UHGV virus genome: UHGV-1440165
Strand: one strand, 5' to 3'
Source of the DNA: a virus
DNA length: 64,000 nucleotides
A program made the position numbers and the translations under genes. How positions within the stretch are numbered: the first letter of the stretch is position 1; every line of letters starts with the position of its first letter. This document shows positions 1 through 8,336 of this stretch, one piece after another. The notes below the pieces were generated by a model. That model had not been told where the DNA came from and ran no database searches. It saw only the letters and a program-made list of their open reading frames with translations.

Positions 1-96
1 GTTGACGCAGCCGACGAAGGTGAATACTGGTGTGTTGTTTCCGACGCCGACGGTCATTCTGTGACCTCCACCCGTTGTGAAATGGCTGTGGTCTAA
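1..96 (+). CDS. 3' end of an upstream ORF, truncated by the window edge
   Basis: Open frame running from the window start to TAA at 94-96, immediately before the next gene; no start visible. Confidence 0.3.
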   Translation, partial: VDAADEGEYWCVVSDADGHSVTSTRCEMAVV

Positions 97-98
97 TC

Positions 99-329
99 AT
101 GAAGGGCTTCCAGGACTTTCTTGAAGACTCGGCAGCCCCTGGCACCACTACCGCCGATGTGGGGAAACCCGAAGGCGGTATGGTGAAAGAGCCTGTCAAG
201 AAACCCAAGGATCTCGAGGAAGAACAAGAGAAGACCGACTTCCAAAAGATCTTTGGAAACATCTTCAAAGACCTGGATCTGAAGAATGCACGAAAGTGGA
301 ACTTCAGGACAGGAAAATATGAAGACTAA
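99..329 (+). CDS. Small internal-protein-like (IP-like) virion protein candidate
   Basis: N-terminus MKGFQDFLED resembles the T4 internal-protein capsid-targeting sequence (MKTYQEFIAE type); lysine/glutamate-rich 76 aa; followed by a terminator. Confidence 0.45.
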   Translation: MKGFQDFLEDSAAPGTTTADVGKPEGGMVKEPVKKPKDLEEEQEKTDFQKIFGNIFKDLDLKNARKWNFRTGKYED

Positions 330-350
330 AGAGGCTTCGGCCTCTTTTTT
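330..350 (+). terminator. Rho-independent terminator hairpin
   Basis: agaggc-ttcg-gcctct stem-loop followed by a T run (ctctttttt). Confidence 0.6.
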
Positions 351-417
351 CATTTCCAGCATTCGGTGTATAATGGACCCGTTCCCCATGAGCGGAACCT
401 AACTGAGGATACACCAA

Positions 418-897
418 ATGAAATCTATGGTTAAACGCGATGTGAACATCGCCATCACCCCACATATCGAACTCATCACTCAGATGATCCTTGATGCCGT
501 TGAAGTTGTTGAATTTCGTCGTGGTAAATCAAAAACTGATTTTTTACGGCGTGATGATGCGATCTATCATCGATTTCTGCGCCAGACAGGCCACTCCACA
601 GCCCTGAAACATATTCTTTCAAAACAATTCTTGGAAGAAACTGGACTCGAAGTCATAGCTATGTTCGCGAAAGAGCAGACAATCAAACTCACTTTGAATC
701 GTGAAGAAGTGGGTATGAACAATGCGTTCACCACATTTCAGTTTGAAAAGGGTGATGTGCTTATCGGCAGAAATCCGAAAGTCCTGATCGTATCAGACTC
801 TTTACATGATCCGGCATATCAATCTAAAGTCTGGAGTATCATCCAAAATAACCCAGGTCTGCAAACTAGTTTGACTTTAGTAGTGTTTCTGGGCTAG
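418..897 (+). CDS. Hypothetical protein
   Basis: 159-aa ORF, no recognisable motif. Confidence 0.45.
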   Translation: MKSMVKRDVNIAITPHIELITQMILDAVEVVEFRRGKSKTDFLRRDDAIYHRFLRQTGHSTALKHILSKQFLEETGLEVIAMFAKEQTIKLTLNREEVGMNNAFTTFQFEKGDVLIGRNPKVLIVSDSLHDPAYQSKVWSIIQNNPGLQTSLTLVVFLG

Positions 898-942
898 ATA
901 GTTACAGGGGAGGAAACTCCCCGCTTCAACCAGGAGGCACAT

Positions 943-1140
943 ATGTACAAGTTCAAGATCAACAAAGAACGAAATTCGTTCAAATTAGGTGTCGTCGCTG
1001 GAGTGTGTTTCTTCCTGACGATCGAAAACGTGATCGGGCTGCTCACAATATCACAAATGCAGATCACCCGGTTCCTTCTTGCCATTGTATTCGCCGCTAT
1101 CGGCCTGGCCTGCAGTTATGCGGGTTGTATGAAGAAGTAA
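943..1140 (+). CDS. Small hydrophobic (membrane) protein, hypothetical
   Basis: 65-aa ORF with two hydrophobic stretches (GVVAGVCFFLTI / LLAIVFAAIGLA). Confidence 0.3.
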   Translation: MYKFKINKERNSFKLGVVAGVCFFLTIENVIGLLTISQMQITRFLLAIVFAAIGLACSYAGCMKK

Positions 1141-1168
1141 TTTCACTACACACAGCAATACCCCTGAT

Positions 1169-1672
1169 TTGAGAGACTATATCATGATGCTGTTAATGAG
1201 TGTTCCACAGAACAAGATGACCCCTGCAACAGAGGGCAAGAATCACTTCAACATCTACAGTCGGAGCAACACCGAACTCGGTCGCTTTTTGTCGCATTTC
1301 ACTCACCATCCCACAGCCACTTACGAACATGGTGTGTTTAACTCCATGGAGGGCTACTGGTATTGGCTGAAGTACCGGGACGACAACCTGCGTCTGCTCG
1401 ACGGCTACGAGGCCAAGCAGTATGGCCAGGAGTTGGCGGCCACCCGTGTCATCGTCCTGGACCCGTCTACCGAAGAATTCAAGCGAGACATCCTGTTTGC
1501 GACCAGCATGAAACTCCAGACAATGCCAGACCTGCTGAAAATCAGATTGGCATACAGTCGACTTCCCCTGATCCATGCATACGTTCGGAACGGGAAATAC
1601 AGTTTTCAAAACTCTATGGACTTTATCATAGATCACATTAATCGTCTCCGCATACAAGGAACTTTGAAATGA
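1169..1672 (+). CDS. NADAR/YbiA-like (DUF1768-like) protein, putative ADP-ribose-processing enzyme
   Basis: FNIYSRS...LGRFLSHF...PTATYEHGVF...SMEGYWYWLKY resembles the YbiA/NADAR core (FYS..GxFSNF..PTSEHYFQAxK); true start may be an internal Met. Confidence 0.4.
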   Translation: MRDYIMMLLMSVPQNKMTPATEGKNHFNIYSRSNTELGRFLSHFTHHPTATYEHGVFNSMEGYWYWLKYRDDNLRLLDGYEAKQYGQELAATRVIVLDPSTEEFKRDILFATSMKLQTMPDLLKIRLAYSRLPLIHAYVRNGKYSFQNSMDFIIDHINRLRIQGTLK

Positions 1673-2250
1673 AATTTCTACACACTGTCGTTGGCACTTC
1701 CTATGATTGCACTGCGCACGAGCCGAACCGCTCGCCTGTGTTTGTTCTGAACAAACTGGGTGAAGAGATCTGTGAACTGTCCGATGTGTTTCACGGCATA
1801 GCCTCTTCTGAACCGTTGAATGGCGAAGTTGCTGACGTCATTATCTCTGCCATTGACCTTCTGTACGTCATGGATTTCACAGACCAGCAGCTGCATGGTT
1901 GCATGACCAAAGAAGAGTTGATTGACTCGGTGCAGACGCGTTTGGGGTTGCACAGCAATTGTTCACCTGAATATCTTGAAGAAGATTGGTTCCGACTGAT
2001 TGACCGTGATCCCCAGAAGCATCTGAACCTCATTCACCATTACCATGGTCGGATCATCCGATTGTGTAATCAGCCTTATCGCAGTGAAGATGTTCTGGAA
2101 AGACTTGTCGCCCAACTGATTACACAAGTCGCACGCATGGCATGCGGAGAAGGGGCGCTGCACAGCAATTGCACGATGGCCACCCGTATCAAAGTGGAGC
2201 AAGCATTTAACCACAAAGTTGAAAAATGGCGTATTAAATTTGGTCTATAA
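1669..2250 (+). CDS. MazG-like nucleoside triphosphate pyrophosphohydrolase (putative)
   Basis: LGEEICELSDV ... GEVADVIISAIDLL acidic helix pairs typical of MazG/HisE all-alpha NTP-PPases. Confidence 0.4.
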   Translation: MKFLHTVVGTSYDCTAHEPNRSPVFVLNKLGEEICELSDVFHGIASSEPLNGEVADVIISAIDLLYVMDFTDQQLHGCMTKEELIDSVQTRLGLHSNCSPEYLEEDWFRLIDRDPQKHLNLIHHYHGRIIRLCNQPYRSEDVLERLVAQLITQVARMACGEGALHSNCTMATRIKVEQAFNHKVEKWRIKFGL

Positions 2251-2299
2251 GCCAACCCCATACATAATCTTGTGTGTTTACCATTGACGGGATAGGCCG

Positions 2300-4210
2300 A
2301 TGTCCAACAAAATTGATATTGAACGCAAGTACAAGAAGCTCACTCACGTTGAGCATATCCTACTCCGCCCAGAGCGTCATCTGGGCAGTATTCGTTCGTC
2401 TGTGGGGACGGTCTGGGTGTATGACCCAAACAAAGACAAAGTCATCTTCCGTGACAACTTTGAGTACTCCCCCGCGCTGATCAAACAGTTTGATGAAATC
2501 ATCACCAACTGTGTCGACCACAGCAAGACCCCTGAGGGCAAATCCCTGACGGAAATCACTGTCACGGTTTCCCCTATGAACGGTCAAATCATCGTTGCTG
2601 ACAACGGGGGCATCCCTGTGGTCAAGCATGGTGTCACCAATGAGTGGCTCCCTGAGATGTTGTTTGGCTCGCTCTATGCGGGCAGCAACTTCAACGATGA
2701 AGACGAAGAGTACAACAACCAGAAGTCCGGCGGCCAGAATGGTGAAGGGGCTTCGTTGGTCAACGTGTTCTCAAAGTGGTTCCGCGTTACGACCAACGAC
2801 GGCAAGAAATCTTATGCTCAGACGTTTGAAGACAACATGAGCAAGAAGTCTAATCCGGTCATCAGCAACATGAACAGCCCTGGCACTTCCATCGCATGGA
2901 TCCCTGATTATGCTCGCCTGGGCGTCAAGGGGCTTGACCAGAACAACCTGCTCATGATCTATCGCCGCGCATTCGAAGTCGCTGCATGCAACCCGCGCCT
3001 GAAGATTGTGCTCAACGGCAAGCAAATCCGCATTGACCGCTTTGGCCATTTTGTTGATTACTTCTGTGCTGGCTCCGCTGTCGATGAAACCGGGGACTGG
3101 TCTGTTGCTGTAGCCCCTTCATCCGGTACGTTCATGCATGCTTCATACGTGAACTCAATCGCCACCCACATCGGTGGTCCGCACGTTGATTATGTGGCTG
3201 ATCAGATCGTGGCGGCGATTCGTCCTCAGCTGGTTAAGAAGTTCAAGACTGAGCTGAAGCCAGCGATGATCAAGAACCACATGTCCTTGTTCATCGCTGC
3301 CGACATCAACAACCCGCGCTTTGATAGCCAGACCAAGGAGCGCATGACGACTCCTGTCAGCCAGTTCGGTACATCCTACAAGCCCAGCGATAAGCTGATC
3401 CGCAAGGCGCTGGAGTTCGTTACAGCTGGCCTGAGCAAAGAACTGGCGGCTCTGCGTAATGACCAGGATGATGCCGAGTTTGAAAAGGCCAAGAAGGATA
3501 TCAGCAAGCGCGATTACCGTGAGATTGAGAAGTATTACCCGGCGACTGCCCGTGGCGATCGTAGCGGATGCTCCCTGCTGCTGACTGAGGGTGATAGTGC
3601 CTCCAACCCTATTCTGAACGCCCGTGACACTAAGAAGATCGGGTTGTTCCCACTTCGTGGTAAGTTCATCAACTGCCTGAACGCCCCGCGCTCAAAGGTG
3701 ATGGCGAACGAAGAGTTCAAGAACCTGTGCACAATCCACGGCGGCGCAGTACCCGGTCAGCCGCTTGACATCAGCCGCTATCCACAGACTGTTGTGGCTA
3801 CCGATGCGGACGATGACGGCATTCACATCCGTGGTCTACTGATCACCTTGTATTGCACCTACTGGCCGGAGTACGTCCGTCAGGGCAGGCTCAAGCTCCT
3901 GCGCACCCCTTACATGCGTGTGTGGTGTGGTAAGGTGATGCATGAGTTCATGAACAACGCTGAGTATGAGGAATTCCTGAAGACACCTGATGCCAAGAAG
4001 ATCACGAAGAAGAAATATCTGAAAGGTCTGGGCGGTAACAGCACTGAAGACTTCAAACGTATTCTAAACAACCTGGATGCGTATACTACGACGGTCACGC
4101 TGGACGACGGCTACAAACAGTCACTGAAGAATGGCTTCGGTGATGAGGCCGCCGATTACCGCAAAACCTGGTTTAGCGATGTTTGCCTGTTTGAAACCGA
4201 GGATGAATAA
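2300..4210 (+). CDS. 39: DNA topoisomerase II large subunit (GyrB-like ATPase/TOPRIM; T4 gp39 plus gp60-equivalent in one ORF)
   Basis: 636 aa; GHKL ATPase region (DNGGGIPV), TOPRIM region (LLLTEGDSA ... ATDADDDG); length consistent with a fused gp39+gp60. Confidence 0.9.
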   Translation: MSNKIDIERKYKKLTHVEHILLRPERHLGSIRSSVGTVWVYDPNKDKVIFRDNFEYSPALIKQFDEIITNCVDHSKTPEGKSLTEITVTVSPMNGQIIVADNGGIPVVKHGVTNEWLPEMLFGSLYAGSNFNDEDEEYNNQKSGGQNGEGASLVNVFSKWFRVTTNDGKKSYAQTFEDNMSKKSNPVISNMNSPGTSIAWIPDYARLGVKGLDQNNLLMIYRRAFEVAACNPRLKIVLNGKQIRIDRFGHFVDYFCAGSAVDETGDWSVAVAPSSGTFMHASYVNSIATHIGGPHVDYVADQIVAAIRPQLVKKFKTELKPAMIKNHMSLFIAADINNPRFDSQTKERMTTPVSQFGTSYKPSDKLIRKALEFVTAGLSKELAALRNDQDDAEFEKAKKDISKRDYREIEKYYPATARGDRSGCSLLLTEGDSASNPILNARDTKKIGLFPLRGKFINCLNAPRSKVMANEEFKNLCTIHGGAVPGQPLDISRYPQTVVATDADDDGIHIRGLLITLYCTYWPEYVRQGRLKLLRTPYMRVWCGKVMHEFMNNAEYEEFLKTPDAKKITKKKYLKGLGGNSTEDFKRILNNLDAYTTTVTLDDGYKQSLKNGFGDEAADYRKTWFSDVCLFETEDE

Positions 4211-4211
4211 G

Positions 4212-4658
4212 ATGGAATACCCGCTAACTCACCAGATACAACCAACAGCCGACACGTGTATGTCAACGTGTCTGGCGATGTTGCTTGATCGCCCGGTTGC
4301 CCAGGTTGCCGAAACTTGGCATGAAAGTTTCGCAAATTGGGAAACCACTATCGGTGATGTTCTTTGTATGGAGGGGGTTCCGTTCTTGTACGGGAAGGGA
4401 ATCAACCAAACCGCCACCATATATCATGATTATGTCTATCTTCTTTGCGTGCCAAGTCCGGCAACACCAGGAATATTGCATCAGATCATTATGGATACCC
4501 GAGGCGACAAAGTTGTCATACACGACCCACTGAAGGGTACTGGTAAAAGATACTACACCCTGGATGAAGACGACAAATCTCCTCTGGCGGTGAAACTTGA
4601 AACTTGGGTGGTGGACTACATTGTCGACCCGTATGAAGTAGGAGGTTATCGTGGGTAA
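4212..4658 (+). CDS. Hypothetical protein with C39/papain-like cysteine peptidase motif
   Basis: Q-x6-CMSTCLAML matches the C39 active-site signature (Q..C...CLxM); downstream His/Asp candidates (VVIHDP); GGAGG-like SD 9 nt upstream of ATG 4212. Confidence 0.35.
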   Translation: MEYPLTHQIQPTADTCMSTCLAMLLDRPVAQVAETWHESFANWETTIGDVLCMEGVPFLYGKGINQTATIYHDYVYLLCVPSPATPGILHQIIMDTRGDKVVIHDPLKGTGKRYYTLDEDDKSPLAVKLETWVVDYIVDPYEVGGYRG

Positions 4659-5991
4659 GATGGTTGCCAAGAGCATTACTGTAACGGACTTTGTCAACAC
4701 GGACCACAAGGAGTTCTCGGTGGTCAACAGCATCCGTCAAATCCCTCAGCTGATTGACAGCCTCAAGCCAAGCCAGCGCAAGATCCTCTTCGCGGCTCTT
4801 GAGTACAACAAGGAGGAGATTGTTGACCGCCTTGGTATGTTCGCCGCCGCCCGCACGAACTACAAGTCTGGTGGCGAGAACATGAGCGGCACTATCGTGA
4901 ACATGGCTCAGGGCTTCCCAGGTACGAACAACATCCCGTACTTCGACCGCGATGGCCAGTTTGGTTCTATCATGGGGCGCGAAGCGTCGTCGGCTCGTTA
5001 TATTTCGGTTGCTGTATCTGATGTTATCCGCAAGATCTTCCGTAAGGAGGATGAGGGTATCTTGGAATACAACTACCTTGGTGAAGAGAAACTGGAACCG
5101 AAGTTCTTCCTGCCCATCCTTCCCATGTTCCTGGTGAATGGCATTAACGGTATCGGCTCCGGTTATGCCACCGACACCCCGTGCCATTGTGTTAAGTCCG
5201 TGCTGAACGCCCTGAGAGCACTTCTCCGTGGCGATAACCCGACGGACTTAAAACCGTACTGGAACGGCTACAAAGGAGAGACAGGCTATACTGAGGAAGG
5301 AAGAGCATACAGTCGCGGCATCTTCCGTCGCGTCAATGCCACGACCCTGCATATCACCGAAGTCCCAGTGGGCTGGTTCGCCAAGACCTATGAGACCAAG
5401 GTGTTGCTGCCTCTGTATAAGGCTGGTATCCTCACTGAGTACGCCAACGACACGACTGAAGACGGCTGGGACATCACCGTTGTGTTCAAGCGGGGCGAGC
5501 TGTCTAAGCTGGATGACGATCAGGTTGAGCAGATGTTCAAGTTGTACTCTGCTAACAAGCCTGTTTGGACAGCCTGGGATGAAGACGGTGTTATCCATCG
5601 CTATTCGGGTTGGCAGGATATGCTGCTGCCGTTCTTCAACTATCGCCTTTCCCGCTATGAAGACCGCCGCCAGTACATGCTGAAGGATATGGCCGACAGG
5701 ATCAGCAAGCTGGGTGACCGGGCAGTGTTCATTGAATGGGCGACGCGTGTTGATCTCCGCCAAAAGATTGATGTGCTGAAGTCTCTGTTCATGCAGGATT
5801 ACCCAGACTTCGGTGGTGACCTTGACGAGTTGTTCAAGATGCCGCTGTCATCAATCACCCTGGATGCTCGTGAGCGGCTGCTCAAGCAGATAGAGAACCT
5901 TGAAGCACAGCACAAGGAATTAAGTAAGAAAGAGGACATTGACCTCTACAACGAAGACCTTGATGACCTTGAAAAGGCTCTTGGTCTGTAA
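4651..5991 (+). CDS. 52: DNA topoisomerase II medium subunit (GyrA-like; T4 gp52)
   Basis: SVVNSIRQIPQLIDSLKPSQRKILFAALE and GyrA-like breakage-reunion region; ORF-track start 4651 is GTG, ATG at 4660 is the likelier start. Confidence 0.9.
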   Translation: MGKMVAKSITVTDFVNTDHKEFSVVNSIRQIPQLIDSLKPSQRKILFAALEYNKEEIVDRLGMFAAARTNYKSGGENMSGTIVNMAQGFPGTNNIPYFDRDGQFGSIMGREASSARYISVAVSDVIRKIFRKEDEGILEYNYLGEEKLEPKFFLPILPMFLVNGINGIGSGYATDTPCHCVKSVLNALRALLRGDNPTDLKPYWNGYKGETGYTEEGRAYSRGIFRRVNATTLHITEVPVGWFAKTYETKVLLPLYKAGILTEYANDTTEDGWDITVVFKRGELSKLDDDQVEQMFKLYSANKPVWTAWDEDGVIHRYSGWQDMLLPFFNYRLSRYEDRRQYMLKDMADRISKLGDRAVFIEWATRVDLRQKIDVLKSLFMQDYPDFGGDLDELFKMPLSSITLDARERLLKQIENLEAQHKELSKKEDIDLYNEDLDDLEKALGL

Positions 5992-5995
5992 CACC

Positions 5996-6013
5996 GGAGG
6001 GGTTCGCCCCTCC
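5996..6013 (+). terminator. GC-rich hairpin after gp52 (weak terminator candidate)
   Basis: ggagggg-ttcg-cccctcc stem-loop; no clear T run. Confidence 0.3.
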
Positions 6014-6033
6014 TCACCTGCGAGGATTGTGCT

Positions 6034-6324
6034 ATGTTCTATCTCCGTACTGCAGCGCCTATCTTGTTCCTTGTGTTCCTCTTTGATTTCCTGGTTCCTC
6101 GCTTCATCAAAGAAGAGGTTGCCTTCGGCCTCTATGGTGAGACAGAAGACCCAGAGGTTGATGAATACTTCCCGATGTGTGCACTGAAAGACGTCGTTGA
6201 GGGTGAGCCGGGGGTTGTAATGGTCGGCACCATGCGTTCTTTCAACTTGTTTGGCTTCGCACTCTTCCCGAAACTGATCGGTGAACTGCGCCCATACGAT
6301 CCCGAAGCCACTGTAGAGGGTTAA
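6034..6324 (+). CDS. Hypothetical small membrane protein
   Basis: 96-aa ORF with hydrophobic N-terminus (AAPILFLVFLFDFLV). Confidence 0.35.
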   Translation: MFYLRTAAPILFLVFLFDFLVPRFIKEEVAFGLYGETEDPEVDEYFPMCALKDVVEGEPGVVMVGTMRSFNLFGFALFPKLIGELRPYDPEATVEG

Positions 6325-6326
6325 TC

Positions 6327-6641
6327 ATGTCACAGCTTCTGAGTCCTAAACTTCTGTCCATGGGTGACTCCCTGTATTTTCATTGTCCTGGGTGCGATAT
6401 GCTTCACCCATACCGCGTGAAGGGATCCCCAGAACAAGGTCCGGTGTGGTCGTGGAACCACAATGTTGTTGAGCCTACGTTCACACCGAGTCTGCTGGTG
6501 AATGCATCTGATCCAGCATCACGTTGCCATCTATTCCTGACCGACGGCAAAATACAATTCCTCGGCGACTGTTTCCACGATCTGAAGAACCAGACAGTGG
6601 ATATGGTCGACATCCCTGAACCTGAAATTTGGATTGAATAG
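6327..6641 (+). CDS. Hypothetical small Cys/His-rich (zinc-binding?) protein
   Basis: HCPGCDMLHP ... SRCHLF ... GDCFHDL cysteine/histidine pattern; 104 aa. Confidence 0.45.
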   Translation: MSQLLSPKLLSMGDSLYFHCPGCDMLHPYRVKGSPEQGPVWSWNHNVVEPTFTPSLLVNASDPASRCHLFLTDGKIQFLGDCFHDLKNQTVDMVDIPEPEIWIE

Positions 6642-6644
6642 ATT

Positions 6645-7055
6645 ATGAAATTACTGGGTTATTTCCGCGAACTCCCAACAGGCTCTGAAGGCAAGTTGTT
6701 CTCACAGGTGAAGGGGAATGACATCGGTGATACGATGGTTCCCTTGTACACCCGTGACCTTCCTGCTGAAGGTGCCTGGGAGCGTCGTGTTGTCGCTGCT
6801 GCCAACAAATATGGTGATGTGATCGTCGTTGCCGACCGCCACCACAGCCGATTCATGAACAGTCAGCTCAAGATCCTGAAAGAGGCTGGCGTCATTAAAT
6901 CCACCCATACCCGCGAACAGGGCTTCATAGACAACCAGGGCAACTTCCTCACTCGTGAAGAGGCTTGCGTCGTAGCCCGTGAAGCCGGACAGATCAACCA
7001 GGTGCGCCTGAAGACAACCCCATTTCACGAACTCTTTTCCGAAGACCTCTATTGA
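6645..7055 (+). CDS. Hypothetical protein
   Basis: 136-aa ORF coupled to the upstream gene. Confidence 0.45.
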   Translation: MKLLGYFRELPTGSEGKLFSQVKGNDIGDTMVPLYTRDLPAEGAWERRVVAAANKYGDVIVVADRHHSRFMNSQLKILKEAGVIKSTHTREQGFIDNQGNFLTREEACVVAREAGQINQVRLKTTPFHELFSEDLY

Positions 7056-7062
7056 AGAAAAA

Positions 7063-7080
7063 GGCGGTATTATTACCGCC
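7063..7080 (+). terminator. Hairpin, candidate terminator
   Basis: ggcggta-ttat-taccgcc stem-loop just after the 6645-7055 stop. Confidence 0.4.
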
Positions 7081-7105
7081 TCGACCCCTTGTTTGGTAAC
7101 AACAA

Positions 7106-7348
7106 ATGAACCCAGAATTTGAAAATCTGTTCGAGCGCTGCTTTGAACCAGGTTCTGTATCCGGTTACATGGACCGCCTTTGCACTGACATTGTAACACG
7201 CCTTGCTGCCAAGGGTATCGTTGTCAACACCATTATTCGCAATGGGAACAACTTTATCTTGCAGATAACCGATTATCGCCACCGCACAGGCATCTTTCAA
7301 GTGTCGTGTGTTGACAACAGCATCATTGAATGGAGACGTTACGCATGA
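7106..7348 (+). CDS. Hypothetical protein
   Basis: 80-aa ORF. Confidence 0.35.
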   Translation: MNPEFENLFERCFEPGSVSGYMDRLCTDIVTRLAAKGIVVNTIIRNGNNFILQITDYRHRTGIFQVSCVDNSIIEWRRYA

Positions 7349-7944
7349 CCACATATGTAATCAACGGCGGCGATTTACTGAAAGCCGCCTGTAGCTTCAA
7401 CCTGATCAACATCTTTGCCCACGGTGCCAACTGCTGGTCTACCATGGGTGCGGGTATCGCCCTACACATCGCCCACAACTTTCCAGCCCTGCGCGAAGCC
7501 GATGCCAACGATCCTCGCGGTCCAGAGCAACGCCTGGGTGGTATGTCCTATGCTTTCGACCACAGCAAAGGTGTCTGGGGCGCGAACCTCTACACTCAGT
7601 TCTATCCAGGTCCGAACGCCCGCATGCCATCTGTCATCAGTTCTGTTCAGATGTTATTCGAGCAGGTGCATGAGATTGTTGAGGCGACCGATGACGAAAC
7701 CGTCTATGTCGGTCTGCCCGCTATCGGCTGTGGCATCGGTGGTCTGAAGCTATTCAGCGTTGTCTGTCAGATCAACAAGGTGGCAGTATCCGTGTTTGAA
7801 GAAACGCGCCGCCGGGTTGTGCCTGTGTTCTACATCCGGGAGGAAGACGGGTTCGATGATGATCTGATGGATCTGTCAGATCTGATTGAAGATGGTATCA
7901 TGATTGTCGAAGATGAGCAAGAAATCATCGACGAGGAGGCGTGA
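7330..7944 (+). CDS. Macro-domain-like protein (putative ADP-ribose binding/hydrolase)
   Basis: INIFAHGANCWSTMGAGIALHIAHNF resembles the macro-domain NAAN...GGG..AI core; acidic C-terminal tail. Confidence 0.45.
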   Translation: METLRMTTYVINGGDLLKAACSFNLINIFAHGANCWSTMGAGIALHIAHNFPALREADANDPRGPEQRLGGMSYAFDHSKGVWGANLYTQFYPGPNARMPSVISSVQMLFEQVHEIVEATDDETVYVGLPAIGCGIGGLKLFSVVCQINKVAVSVFEETRRRVVPVFYIREEDGFDDDLMDLSDLIEDGIMIVEDEQEIIDEEA

Positions 7945-8336
7945 TGCGCAAACCCGTTACCGAGGAGATGCTGGCGAAAGCCGCTCTCCGCCCCAAAGAG
8001 AAGTTTGCATTCTTCCCAGTACGCTTGCATGACGGAAGCTGGATCTGGCTCCAGCCGTATGTTCGTGCTCCTATCGGCCTGTATGCAAACTGCGAGTCCG
8101 ACATTTTCGAATATGCAGCCTTTGCGAGAGGGGAAATCCCTGCTGTAGAAAGGAAGTATACTCTAAAGCAGTATCGAGTTGGCGGTGATTGGGCTGATGA
8201 TGGGGAATACTTTCCACATCGAAACTTCAGAACCTTCGACAACTCATACCAATCCGTGGATTATGCTTCTGAGTTCGGAAGGACTTCACTGCAGATCCTC
8301 TTAGAAAAGGCAGGAGAAATCGATGTACAAGTCTAA
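7941..8336 (+). CDS. Hypothetical protein
   Basis: 131-aa ORF. Confidence 0.4.
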   Translation: MMRKPVTEEMLAKAALRPKEKFAFFPVRLHDGSWIWLQPYVRAPIGLYANCESDIFEYAAFARGEIPAVERKYTLKQYRVGGDWADDGEYFPHRNFRTFDNSYQSVDYASEFGRTSLQILLEKAGEIDVQV

